Source: an uncultured Thermoleophilia bacterium (GTDB lineage Bacteria > Actinomycetota > Thermoleophilia > UBA2241). Taken from it: 64,000 bases of DNA. Below are positions 1-11,945 of the stretch, piece after piece (positions within the stretch are counted from its first letter, which is position 1; every line of letters starts with the position of its first letter). The notes under the pieces are model-generated. The model did no database searches and had not been told where the DNA came from. It saw only the letters and a list, made by a program, of their open reading frames with translations. The position numbers were made by a program, and so were the translations under genes. The stretch is from NCBI GenBank assembly GCA_963834905.1, contig CAWIDR010000021.1, positions 447 through 64,446 on the forward strand. Reading direction: 5' to 3'.

Positions 1-39
1 CAACTGGCCCGCCGACCTGACCGCGCCGCTACAAGCACG

Positions 40-1109
40 ATGCTCCCGCGCGAGGAGATGCTCACCGCGCTGCGCGAGCGCGACCGGTCGTACGACGGTC
101 TGTTCTATGCCGCGGTGACCACCACCGGCATCTTCTGCCGCCCGTCGTGCCCGGCGCGAGGCCCGAAGCCGGAGCACGTCGAGTTCTACGCGACCACGCG
201 CGAGGCGCTGGTGGCGGGATTCCGCCCCTGCAAGCGGTGCCGGCCGCTCGACCCGGCGGCCGGCACGCCCGAGTGGGCGTCGCGCCTCATCGCGCGCGTC
301 GAGGCCGACCCCGCGGCGCGCATCACCGACGCCGGCCTGCGCGCCGAGGGCCTGGACCCTGCGGCCGTGCGGCGCTGGTTCCAGAAGACGCACGGCATGA
401 CGTTCCAGGCCTACTGCCGGGCACGCCGGCTGGGCGACGCGTTCGTCGCGCTGCGCTCCGGCGACGCGCTCGACGACGTGGTGTTCGACCACGGCTGGGG
501 CTCCCACTCCGGCTTCCGGACGGCGTTCGGCAAGCTGGCGGGGGCGCCGCCCGGCGAAGCGGCGGCGGCGCCCGGCGGCTCCCTCATCCGCCTCACCTGG
601 CTGGAGACGCCGGTCGGCCCGCTCGTCGCCGGCGCCACCGACGAGGCGCTCGTCATGCTCGAGTACCCCGACCGGCGCATGATGGAGACGCAGCTGGACA
701 CGCTGCGCCGGCGCTTCGGCCGCCCGCTCGCCCCCGGCGAGAGCCCGCTGTTCTCGCGCCTGCGCGGGCAGCTGGACGAGTACTTCGCCGGACGCCGCCG
801 CGCCTTCGACCTCCCGCTCGAGTACCCGGGCAGCCCCTTCCAGCGGCGCGTCTGGGACGCGCTCCTGCGCATCCCGTTCGGCGAGACGCGCACCTACGCG
901 AACTCGCCCGCGACATCGGCGCGCCCGGCGCGGCGCGAGCGGTGGGCAGCGCCAACGGCGCCAACCGCCTGGCGATCCTGATCCCGTGTCACCGGGTGAT
1001 CGCCGCGGACGGCGGGCTGGGCGGCTACGGCGGCGGCCTCTGGCGCAAGCTGCGCCTGCTGGAGACGGAGGGAGTCCTCCTCTCGGCCGGCGCGCCGGCG
1101 TCGCGCTGA
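40..1109 (+). CDS. ada: Bifunctional Ada regulator / O6-methylguanine-DNA methyltransferase (frameshift near 900)
   Basis: N-terminal Zn motifs FCRPSC and FRPCKRC plus AraC-type HTH in ORF 40..981; C-terminal methyltransferase motif IPCHRVI in ORF 147..1109. Confidence 0.9.
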
Positions 1110-1227
1110 CGCACCCTCGGCGACGGCTGGCGTGCGGTGGCCGGCCGGGCCGACGCCCGCTACCCTCGGGTGATGGCCACGATCAGCGACAGGCCTCAGC
1201 TTGCGCCTCGCAGGATTCCCGCCTATC

Positions 1228-1250
1228 ATGCACAAACGTTATTTGTGCAT
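1228..1250. promoter_or_regulatory. Palindromic operator candidate upstream of the cys cluster
   Basis: ATGCACAAA-N5-TTTGTGCAT perfect 9-bp arms in an AT-rich patch about 50 bp before the first cysH-like start. Confidence 0.55.
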
Positions 1251-1298
1251 TTAGGTGATTGCATTCTTGTGCAGGCGCCGGACCCGAGGAGAGAAGGC

Positions 1299-1930
1299 AT
1301 GACCATCGACGAGCCGGTAGCCGATATCCTGGCCCGACTCCAGGGCCTCAGCGCCGAGGAGATCCTCGCCGACGCGGCGGCCCGCTATCCGGGCCGCGTC
1401 GCCCTCGCCTCCTCGCTCAGCCTCGAGGACCAGGCGCTCACGCACATGATCGCCGCGGGCGGCCTCGGCATCGCGATCTTCACGCTCGACACCGGGCGCC
1501 TCCACCCCGAGGCCTACGAGCTCATCGACCGCACCAACAAGCGCTACGGGTTTCGCATGCGCGTGTACTGCCCGGACGCGGCCGAGGTCGAGAAGATGGT
1601 CGCGGACAACGGCATCGACCTCTTCCGTGACAGCGAGTTCCATCGGCAGCTCTGCTGCGAGACGCGCAAGACGCGGCCGCTGCGGCGCGCGCAGGTCGGG
1701 CTGGACGCCTGGATCTGCGGCCTGCGCGGCGGCAGAGCGCCACAGGTGAGACCACGGAGCCGGCGGAGTGGGACAGCGACGCCGGCCTCCTGAAGCTCAA
1801 CCCGCTCGCCGGGTGGGACGAAGCGCGCGTGTGGGACTACGTCCGCGCGCACGACATCCCCTACAGCCCGTTGCACGACCAGGGATTCACGACCGTCGAC
1901 TGCGCGCCGTGCCTGCGCGCAGGCGACTGA
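1299..1930 (+). CDS. APS-reductase (CysH) paralog lacking the C-terminal catalytic tail (frameshift near 1730-1770)
   Basis: ASSLSLED, LDTGRLH, CCETRK; second frame reads [17 protein letters not shown]...HDQGFTTVDCAPCLRAGD-stop; no ECGLH. Confidence 0.75.
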
Positions 1931-1974
1931 GTCACCATCGTCAGACCAGTAGCGCACCTACCTGAGGAGAACCG

Positions 1975-2727
1975 ATGACGCAGCCCGAGACCGTGCAGAC
2001 ACTGCTCGCGGAGCTCGGCGACGCCACCCCCGAGGAGGTCCTCGCCGACGCCGCGCGGCGCTATGCGGGCCGTGTGGCATTCGCCTCGTCGCTGGGCGCC
2101 GAGGACCAGGTCCTCACGCACATGATCGCCACGGCGGGCCTCGACATCCCGATCTTCACGCTCGACACCGGCCGCCTCTATCCTGAGACCTACGACCTGC
2201 TGGACCGCACGGCCAAGCACTACGACCTGTGCATCAAGACGTACTTCCCGGCCGCCGCCGAAGTCGAGAAGATGGTCGACAAGGACGGCGTGAACCTGTT
2301 CCGCGACAGCATCGAAGCGCGTCACCGCTGCTGCGAGGTGCGCAAGATCCTGCCGCTGCGCCGTGCCCAGCTCGAGCTGGGCGCCTGGATCTGCGGCCTG
2401 CGCAGCGGCCAGGGCGTCACCCGTCAGAAGGTCGAGATCGCCGAATGGGACCAGCTGGCCGACATGGTCAAGATCAACCCGCTGGCCTCCTGGGACGAGG
2501 CGCGCGTGTGGGACTACATCCGCGCCAACGACGTGCCCTACAACCCGCTGCACGACCAGGGCTTCCCGAGCATCGGCTGCGCGCCCTGCACGCGCGCCGT
2601 CGCCGACGGCGAGGACTGGCGCGCGGGCCGCTGGTGGTGGGAGCTGCCCGAGCACCGCGAGTGCGGACTCCACGACCGCGCCGCCAGGATCCCGGGCAGC
2701 GCGGCCGACGCTACCGCGAACGCCTGA
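1975..2727 (+). CDS. cysH: Adenosine-5'-phosphosulfate reductase, 4Fe-4S type
   Basis: [27 protein letters not shown] and ECGLH motifs. Confidence 0.92.
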   Translation: MTQPETVQTLLAELGDATPEEVLADAARRYAGRVAFASSLGAEDQVLTHMIATAGLDIPIFTLDTGRLYPETYDLLDRTAKHYDLCIKTYFPAAAEVEKMVDKDGVNLFRDSIEARHRCCEVRKILPLRRAQLELGAWICGLRSGQGVTRQKVEIAEWDQLADMVKINPLASWDEARVWDYIRANDVPYNPLHDQGFPSIGCAPCTRAVADGEDWRAGRWWWELPEHRECGLHDRAARIPGSAADATANA

Positions 2728-2738
2728 GAGGCCTCCTC

Positions 2739-3620
2739 GTGAACCAGCTCGACACCCTCGAAGCCAAGAGCGTCCACATCCTGCGCGAGGCCTACCGCTC
2801 GCTCGGCAACGTCTGCATGCTCTGGTCGATCGGCAAGGACAGCACCGTCCTGCTGCACCTGGCGCGCAAGGCGTTCTTCGGCCACGTGCCGATCCCGCTC
2901 GTCCACATCGACACCGCCTACAAGATGCCGGAGATGATCGAGTACCGCGATCGCCTGGCGCTCGAGTGGCACCTGAACCTCGTCGTGGGCCAGAACCGCA
3001 AGGCGCTCGAGGAGAAGGCCACCTTCCCCGACGGCAACTGCGACCGCATCCAGTGCTGCCGCAACCTCAAGACGATGGCGCTCAAACACACCCTCTCGGG
3101 TGAGTGGTCGCGCCAGCGCATGGACCACACGCTCGGGCATCTCGTGGAGGACGAGGACCACTCGCCGTACACGGGCGTGATCGTCGGCGTGCGCGCGGAC
3201 GAAGAGGGCTCGCGCTCCAAGGAGCGCTACTTCTCGCCGCGCGACGTGGAGAACGACTGGAACGTCGACGACCAGCCGCCGGAGCTCTGGCGCTACTTCA
3301 AGACCGACTTCGAGCCCGGGACGCACGTGCGCGTGCACCCGCTGCTCGACTGGACCGAGCTCAACGTCTGGGAGTACATCGAGCGCGAGAGCATCCCGGT
3401 CACGTCGCTCTACTTCGACGACGGCACCGGCACGCGCTGCCGCTCGCTCGGCTGCTACCCGTGCACGACGCCGGTGCAGTCGCAGGCGAAGAACGTGGCC
3501 GACATCATCGTCGAGCTGCGCACCGGCAAGTTCAGCAACATCGCGGAGCGCAGCGGCCGCGCCCAGGACAAGGACGACGGCGGCGGCCTCGAGTCGCTGC
3601 GCCGCGGGGGGTACATGTGA
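2739..3620 (+). CDS. cysD: Sulfate adenylyltransferase subunit 2
   Basis: [11 protein letters not shown]-loop, [32 protein letters not shown]; GTG start at 2739. Confidence 0.92.
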   Translation: MNQLDTLEAKSVHILREAYRSLGNVCMLWSIGKDSTVLLHLARKAFFGHVPIPLVHIDTAYKMPEMIEYRDRLALEWHLNLVVGQNRKALEEKATFPDGNCDRIQCCRNLKTMALKHTLSGEWSRQRMDHTLGHLVEDEDHSPYTGVIVGVRADEEGSRSKERYFSPRDVENDWNVDDQPPELWRYFKTDFEPGTHVRVHPLLDWTELNVWEYIERESIPVTSLYFDDGTGTRCRSLGCYPCTTPVQSQAKNVADIIVELRTGKFSNIAERSGRAQDKDDGGGLESLRRGGYM

Positions 3621-3636
3621 GCCTGTCACACGAGAT

Positions 3637-5455
3637 ATGGGCGCCGCCATGCAGGCGCCGAGCTGCCCGGCGCCGGTGCCCGGCGCCGAGATCTCCGCGT
3701 TCGACCTCGAGCGCATGGACATCGTCGCCGTCGGCCATGTGGACCACGGCAAGAGCACCGTCATCGGCCGCCTCATGGCCGACACCGGCTCGCTCCCCGA
3801 GGGCAAGCTCGAGCAGGTCAAGAACATGTGCAAGGTGAACGCGCGCCCCTTCGAGTACGCGTTCCTGCTCGACGCCCTGAAGAACGAGCAGGCGCAGGGC
3901 ATCACCATCGACACGGCGCGCTGCTTCTTCAACACGCCGCAGCGGCACTACATCATCCACGACGCCCCGGGGCACGTGGAGTTCCTCAAGAACATGATCA
4001 CCGGCGCCTCGCGCGCGCAGGCGGCGCTGCTCGTGATCGACGCCAAGGAGGGGGTGCGCGAGAACTCCAAGCGCCACGGCTACATCCTCTCCATGCTCGG
4101 CATCCGCCAGATCAGCGTGCTGGTCAACAAGATGGACCTGCTCGACTGGGACCAGGCCAAGTTCCAGGCCATCGTCACCGAGTACGCCGACTTCCTCGGC
4201 CGGCTCGGCGTGCACCCCACGAGCTTCATCCCGATCAGCGCGCGCGACGGCGACAACATCGTCTCGCGCGCGGCGGCGGCGCCCTGGTACGACGGGCCGA
4301 CGGTGCTCGAGCAGGTCGAGGACTTCAAACAGCTCGACGACGACCTCGACCGGCCGTTCCGCATGCCGCTGCAGGACGTCTACAAGTTCACCGAGGCGCT
4401 CGACGACCGGCGCATCTTCGTCGGCACCATCGAGACCGGACGCATCCGCCCCGGCGACGACGTCGTCTTCCTGCCGTCGCGCAAGCACTCGACGGTCAAG
4501 ACCATCGAGGCGCTCTCCGGCCCGCGGCCGGACGAGGCCTACTCCGGCCAGGCCACGGGCCTGACGCTCGAGACGCAGGTGTACGCCAAGCCGGGCGAGC
4601 TGATGGTCCGCGCCGACGAGCCCGAGCCGCTCATCGCGACGCGCATCCGCGCCAACATCTTCTGGATGAACACGGCGCCGCTCGTGCGCGGGCGCCGGTA
4701 CGTGCTGCGCATGGGCACCGCGCGCGTCGCCGTCGAGCTCGAGTCCGTGCTCAGCGTGCTCGACGAGCAGGAACTCGAGTCGGTGACCGGCGCCGGCCAG
4801 GTCGAGAGACACATGGTCGCGGAGGTGATCTTCCGCGCCGTGCGCCCGATCGCGTTCGACCAGGCCGACACGCTCGAGCCGACCTCCCGCTTCGTGATCG
4901 TCCACGGCTGGGACACCGCCGGCTGCGGCATCGCCCTCGAGGCCCTGGAGGACCGGGGACGCGGCGACGTGACCGGACGGCGCTTCCGCCGCGGCGACGT
5001 GAACGAGGCGGAAAGGGCCGCGCGCTACGGGCACCCGGGCAAGGCCATCGTCTTCGTCTCGCAGTTCGGCGAAGCGGCTCACGCCGTCGCCGCGCGCGTC
5101 GAGCGCAGCGTCTTCGCGCGCGGCGTGCACTCGTACTGCCTGAGCGTAGCCGACCTCGGCGACGACAAGGACGTCCTCGGCCGCGAAGGCGCACCTCGCC
5201 CGCGTCGGCGAGATCGCCTGGGCGATGACCGACGCGGGCATCGTCCTCGTGGCGTCACTCGGCGATGTGGACCGCTTCGACCTCGACAGGCTGCGGCGGC
5301 TCGCCGCGCCGCACGAGGTGTACGTCGTCGGCCTCGACGCGGGCGAAGAGATCGGGGCCGACCTCGAGCTGTCGCCGGCCGCGACCGCCGAAGAGGCGGC
5401 GGAGGAGGCGCTCCGCGCCCTCGCCGCCGCCGGCGTCCTGCCCGCCGAGGCCTGA
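3637..5455 (+). CDS. cysN: Sulfate adenylyltransferase subunit 1 (GTPase) with degenerate APS-kinase-like C-terminus (frameshift near 5190)
   Basis: [24 protein letters not shown] motifs; tail continues in ORF 5225..5455; exact start uncertain. Confidence 0.88.
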
Positions 5456-5822
5456 CACCCGCCTCGGCGCCGCGCGCCGCGCCGTATGGCGGGCAGCGCG
5501 CGGCGCCGAGGCGCGGGACGCCGGCGCTGGACCGACCGTGCCCTCCGCTGCACGACGCCGGAGTGCGCCGGCCGCGAACACCGGCGGGCGCTCGCGCGAG
5601 TCTCTCGATCGCCGCTTCCCGGCCCAGTGTCACCCGATGGGGAGACGTGAAGTACGGGCGTTTCTTGACAGGGTGCGGTAGTATGCAGCGCATGGGCCGA
5701 AAGGGGGCCCCGAGAGTTGGCGGCGTGACCAGTTTGCTTCTCCGCCGGCGTCAACAGCGGAACATGGCAGCCGGTCGCGTCGCTTCGTTTAAGCCCTTCG
5801 GGGGCGGAAAAGGATGCGTCAA

Positions 5823-6026
5823 ATGGCAGAAGGCACCGTCAAGTGGTTCAACGCGGCCAAGGGGTACGGCTTCATCTCCCGTGAAGATGGCGACGATCTA
5901 TTCGTCCACTTCCGTGAGATCCAGGCTGATGGCTTCCGTACCCTCGACGAGGGTGACAAGGTCACCTTCGACGTCACCGAAGGCCAGAACGGCAAGATGC
6001 AGGCGAGCAACGTCCGTAAGGCCTGA
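5823..6026 (+). CDS. cspA: Cold-shock protein
   Basis: [18 protein letters not shown]...LFVHF RNP1/RNP2 motifs; AAAGGA RBS. Confidence 0.95.
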   Translation: MAEGTVKWFNAAKGYGFISREDGDDLFVHFREIQADGFRTLDEGDKVTFDVTEGQNGKMQASNVRKA

Positions 6027-6049
6027 CGCCGCGCGGAACAGCCGAAGCC

Positions 6050-6088
6050 GTAGCAAGGGCGGTCCCGTTTCGGGGCCGCCCTTGCTGC
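6050..6088 (+). terminator. Stem-loop terminator after csp
   Basis: GTAGCAAGGGCGGTCCC/GGGGCCGCCCTTGCTGC inverted repeat. Confidence 0.7.
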
Positions 6089-6175
6089 GTACGGGGCCGG
6101 ATCGCCGGCCCGCGAGCGGGCCGGCGCCCGCCCGCCCGCACGGGCGGCCGCACGCCACGTCGCCTGTGCGCTAGG

Positions 6176-6905
6176 ATGCCTCTCGTGAGTCTGCGCCGCC
6201 CCCCCATCGAGTCTCTGACGGTGGACGACCTGCGCTTCGCCGTGCGCTGGAGCGCGAGGCGGCGCACCGTCGGCATCACGGTCAAGCGCGACGGCGAGCT
6301 GGTCCTGGCCGCCCCGGCGCGCACGTCCGCGCGCAGACTCGAGGAGGTCGTGCGCGAGAAGCTGCCCTGGGTGCGGCGCAAGCTCGCCGAGTTCGAGGCG
6401 CTCGGGCCGCCGCCCGAGCCCCGACAGGTCGTCGCCGGCGAGCTCTTCCCCTACCTCGGACGCGAGTACCGGCTGGAGCTCGCCGACCGGCCTCCCAGCC
6501 CGGTGAGCCTGCGCGGCGACGCCCTCGCGGTCGACCGGGCGCTCGACGGTGAGGCGCGCGCCGCCGTCGTCGCCTGGTACGAAGCCATGGCGCGCGAGTA
6601 CATCGACGAGGCCGTCGCGCGCTTCGTGCCGCTGGTCGGGCGCCGCTCCGGCCAGCGTGGTCGTCCGCGACCTCGGCAAGCGGCGCTGGGGCGTCTGCGA
6701 CCACCGCACGCTCTCGGTGAGCTTCCACTGGCAGCTGATCACGCAGCCGCCGGAGCTGGTCGACTACGTCGTCGTGCACGAGCTGGTCCACCTGCACGAG
6801 CCCAACCACGGGCCGGGGTTCTGGCGCAGGGTCGAGGACGTGCTGCCGGACTGCAAGCAGCGACGCAAGCGCCTCACCCGGCGCGGCGACCAGTTCGCGT
6901 TCTGA
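6176..6905 (+). CDS. YgjP/DUF45 (M48-like) zinc metallopeptidase-family protein (frameshift near 6645)
   Basis: RRRTVGITV N-terminus; RWGVC and YVVVHELVHLHEPNHGPGFW (HExxH). Confidence 0.85.
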
Positions 6906-6938
6906 CATCCGTCACACCGGCTGCGTACACTGCACGAG

Positions 6939-7256
6939 ATGGCACGTATGCGACATCCGGACGACCTGCGGAGCATCCCCGGCGTGGGGCCGGCCATCGC
7001 CGCCGACCTGCGCCGCCTGGGCGTGCGGCGGACGACCGACCTCGCGGGTCGCGACCCGCAGGAGCTCTACGAGCACCTCGAAGACCTGGACGGAGGGCAC
7101 GTCGACCGCTGCGTGCTCTACGTCTTCCGCGCCGCCGTCCACCACGCGGGCGGCGCGAGCGGCGACCCGGAGCTCGCGAAGTGGTGGAACTGGAAGGACG
7201 GCGGCCTCGCCGAGCGGCTCGGCCTCGTCTGGGAGCAGCGTGACGGCGGCGCCTGA
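6939..7256 (+). CDS. Helix-hairpin-helix protein (Cdd1 / 'pathogenicity locus' family)
   Basis: LRSIPGVGPAIA HhH, DPQELY, DRCVLYVFRAAV, KWWNWKD. Confidence 0.75.
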   Translation: MARMRHPDDLRSIPGVGPAIAADLRRLGVRRTTDLAGRDPQELYEHLEDLDGGHVDRCVLYVFRAAVHHAGGASGDPELAKWWNWKDGGLAERLGLVWEQRDGGA

Positions 7257-7261
7257 GCGCC

Positions 7262-7714
7262 TCAGCCCAGCGCGTCGGCGCGGCGCCAGAACCGCCGGCC
7301 GCGCCGCCGCTGCCACGTCCTCGCGGCGCCGCAGCTCCACCCCGCCGAAGTAGTCGAACACCGCCCGCACCTGGTCGTCCCCGAAGCTCCACACGTGGAT
7401 GAACGGCAGCGGGATGACCTCCCAGGTGCCGCGCAGCCGCGCGCGGAACCTGCCGCCGACCACGAGCCGGCAGGTGCTGCTGGTAGAAGTCCCACGTGCG
7501 CAAGTCGACGCCGATGACCTCCCACTGCGACGGCAGGCCGCCGGCGAAGAGATCCTCGGCGACGACGTCCCGTGGTGTCGTGGAGGTGGCCGCTCTCGTC
7601 GATCACCCACTCCGGGGGGTCCGGCTGCTCCTGGTGGAACATCGCCAGCACGTCGCGAGGCGCGCCGGGACCGATCGCCCTGTAGCCTCGCCGGATGCGT
7701 TCCACGACGTCCAT
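7262..7714 (-). CDS. Small SnoaL/NTF2-like protein (frameshifted)
   Basis: MDVVERIRRGYRA start; other frame gives GRFRARLRGT...LPFIHVWSFGDDQVRAVFDY, typical NTF2-like strands. Confidence 0.5.
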   Translation of the reverse strand: MDVVERIRRGYRAIGPGAPRDVLAMFHQEQPDPPEWVIDESGHLHDTTGRRRRGSLRRRPAVAVGGHRRRLAHVGLLPAAPAGSWSAAGSARGCAAPGRSSRCRSSTCGASGTTRCGRCSTTSAGWSCGAARTWQRRRGRRFWRRADALG

Positions 7715-7790
7715 GCCATCGTTTTCCCCCTCCCCCGGCCTGTGGTATCCTCTGCACCCCTACGGGCGGCCCGTCGGCGCCCGGACCCGT

Positions 7791-7865
7791 GGGCGATTAG
7801 CTCAGTGGGAGAGCGCCCGCCTCACACGCGGGAGGTCGTTGGTTCAAACCCAACATCGCCCACCA
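7791..7865 (+). tRNA. tRNA-Val (anticodon CAC)
   Basis: GGGCGAT acceptor stem, AGCTCAGTGGGAGAGC D-arm, CCCGC-CT-CAC-AC-GCGGG anticodon arm, GGTTCAAACC T-arm, encoded CCA. Confidence 0.97.
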
Positions 7866-8233
7866 CCATACGGACAACCTGACCGTATGTCGGAATGACC
7901 CCGCCCTAAGTGCCACCTTTCGGCACCCCGTTCATCCATCCCGATGAACCGGCGCCACGAAGCTTGCTTTTCCCCCACGCCGTCAGTAGCGTGTTCCATT
8001 GGCCTAGCCCAAGGAACGGGGCGCACATTGCCGTCGTCCAGCCCATACGGTCCAGGACCTGAGGGCATCGCTGGAACGACGACTGTGATCGCCTCGCTGG
8101 CTGGTCCCGTCGCGCGGACGTCCTGGTAGCCCGCCGGCAGAGGACGAGCCCCCCGCGCGCTCCCCCCTGGGCACTGCGCGGGAGGAACCATCCAGCTATC
8201 GGATCAGTGAAAGATCCATGGGAGGTGAACAGG

Positions 8234-10192
<1,959 letters not shown>

Positions 10193-10218
10193 TCTCGCGC
10201 CTCAGAGACGACCGCTCT

Positions 10219-10254
10219 GAAAGGGCGGGCGGCCGCAAGGCCGCCCGCCCTTTC
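10219..10254. terminator. Bidirectional hairpin terminator between acs and the convergent kinase gene
   Basis: GAAAGGGCGGGCGGCC-GCAA-GGCCGCCCGCCCTTTC perfect stem. Confidence 0.85.
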
Positions 10255-10296
10255 GCTTCGCGCAGTCCGGTCGCCGTGCGGGCGGGCGCGGTCAGC

Positions 10297-11668
10297 TCAT
10301 GGACTGGCCGACGTCGACGGGGTCGGGGTCGGCGTCGAAGGCCCGCTGGAGACCACGATGCTGACCTGGCTGCCCGGCGAGGCGATCACCCCGGCCTGCG
10401 GGGCCTGGGAGATCACGCTGCCGGCAGGCACGGAATCGCTCGGCGTCTGCGCGACGACCACCGTGAAGCCGACCTGCGTCAGCTGCGCCTCCGCGGCCGC
10501 CTGCGAGCTCCCGACCACGTCGGGCACCGCCACCGGCGTCGCCGTGGGTGTGGGCTTGCCCGCCACCTCGAGGTCGACGCGCGGAGCCCTTCGCGGCCTT
10601 CTCACCCGCCGCCGGGGACTGGCTCACGACCGTCCCCTCGGGCCCCGCGGTGCTCTGCACCTGCGTGATCTTGCCGGTCTTGAAGCCGGCGTCCGTCAAG
10701 GTCGTGCCGGCCTTGGCCGTGGTCATCCCGGTGACATCCGGCACCTTGACGTCGCCGCCACCCGTGTCGAACGCGCCGAGCGCCCAGGCGACCGCCAGGG
10801 CCGCGGCCAGGACCACGAACAGGCCCACGACCCAGATCCAGGCTCGGCTGCGCGGCTTCTGGATGGGCTCGACGACCTGCGCCGAGCGCAGCACACGCTC
10901 GATGTCGGCCTGGAACTGCGCCGCGGTGCCGCGCGCGCCGGGGTCCTTGTCGAGCGCGCGCATCACGATCTGCGACAACGCCGGCGGCACCGCCGGGTTG
11001 AGCAGCTGCGGCGGCTGCACCACGCCGTCCAGCTGCTCCTGGGCGACCGCGCTGCCGTCGGCGCCGTCGAACACGTGGCGGCCGGTGAGCAGCAGGTAGG
11101 TGACCAGGCCGAGGCGGTACACGTCCGAGGCCGGCGAGGGCGCGCGCCCCGAGACCTCCTCCGGGCTCAGATAGCGCGCCATGTCGGGGGGCGTGCCGGG
11201 CCGCAGGTCCGGCGGAGGGTAGGCCTCCGCAAGCCCCGCGCCGGTGAGCTTGACCGAGCCGTCCTCGGCGCGGGCCAGGCTCGCCGGGTCGACGCCGCCG
11301 TGGACGACGCCGCGCTCGTGGAGCGCGGCGAGGCCGGCGGCGGCGGAGGCGCCGATGAGCGCCGCGTCGGCGGGGGCCAGCGGCCCGCGCTCGACCATGG
11401 CCGCCGCGTCGACGTCACCGTAGTCCCAGCGCACGACGTAGCAGTCGGGGCCGTCGCGGCCGACGTCGACGACGGGCGCGAGGTCGAGGTGACGCACCGA
11501 AGCGACCACGCCCATGGTCCGCAGGAAGACGTCCGCGTCGACCGGGCGCACCACGGTCACGACCACGGGGTGGCCCTCGGCGTCCTTGCCGGCGTAGGCG
11601 GCCTCGGCTCGCCCCGCGGGCAGGTGTCGCTTGGTGCGGTAGCGCTGCGCGTAGATGGGCTCGGTCAT
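10297..11668 (-). CDS. Membrane Ser/Thr kinase-like protein with two PASTA domains; catalytic motifs degenerate (frameshift near 10585)
   Basis: YLSPEE, SDVYRLG, ALDKDP kinase C-lobe; TM WIWVVGLFVVLAAALAVAWAL; VKVPDVTG and VAVPDVVG PASTA starts. Confidence 0.85.
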
Positions 11669-11945
11669 GCCGCCTCCCGGGGCCGGGGTACCGTCCGGGC
11701 GGGTCTTACCCTCATCGGAGGCGAGGAAACCGTCCGGCAAACGCGAGACTGAGGGTGAACCGAGCGGCCACACAGGTTAAAGTTGACGCTGGAGTCCTGA
11801 GCCGGACAGCAAACATGCCGTGCAACTCCCCGCCGAGGCACGGCAGTCGCGCTCAGGATCACCCCGCGGGTCGCCAGCAGGCGGCTCGTCGTGGACGCCA
11901 CGAGTCGGCGGGACCAGAGCAACCACGAAAGACGGGACAAGATAG

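Noticed and set aside
5665-5690. Sigma-70 promoter for csp (TTGACA at 5665)
   Set aside because: No -10 box at 16-18 bp spacing; TAGTAT is only 8 bp away.
7791-7865. tRNA-anchored genomic island or prophage
   Set aside because: No integrase, phage genes or duplicated tRNA 3' end found.
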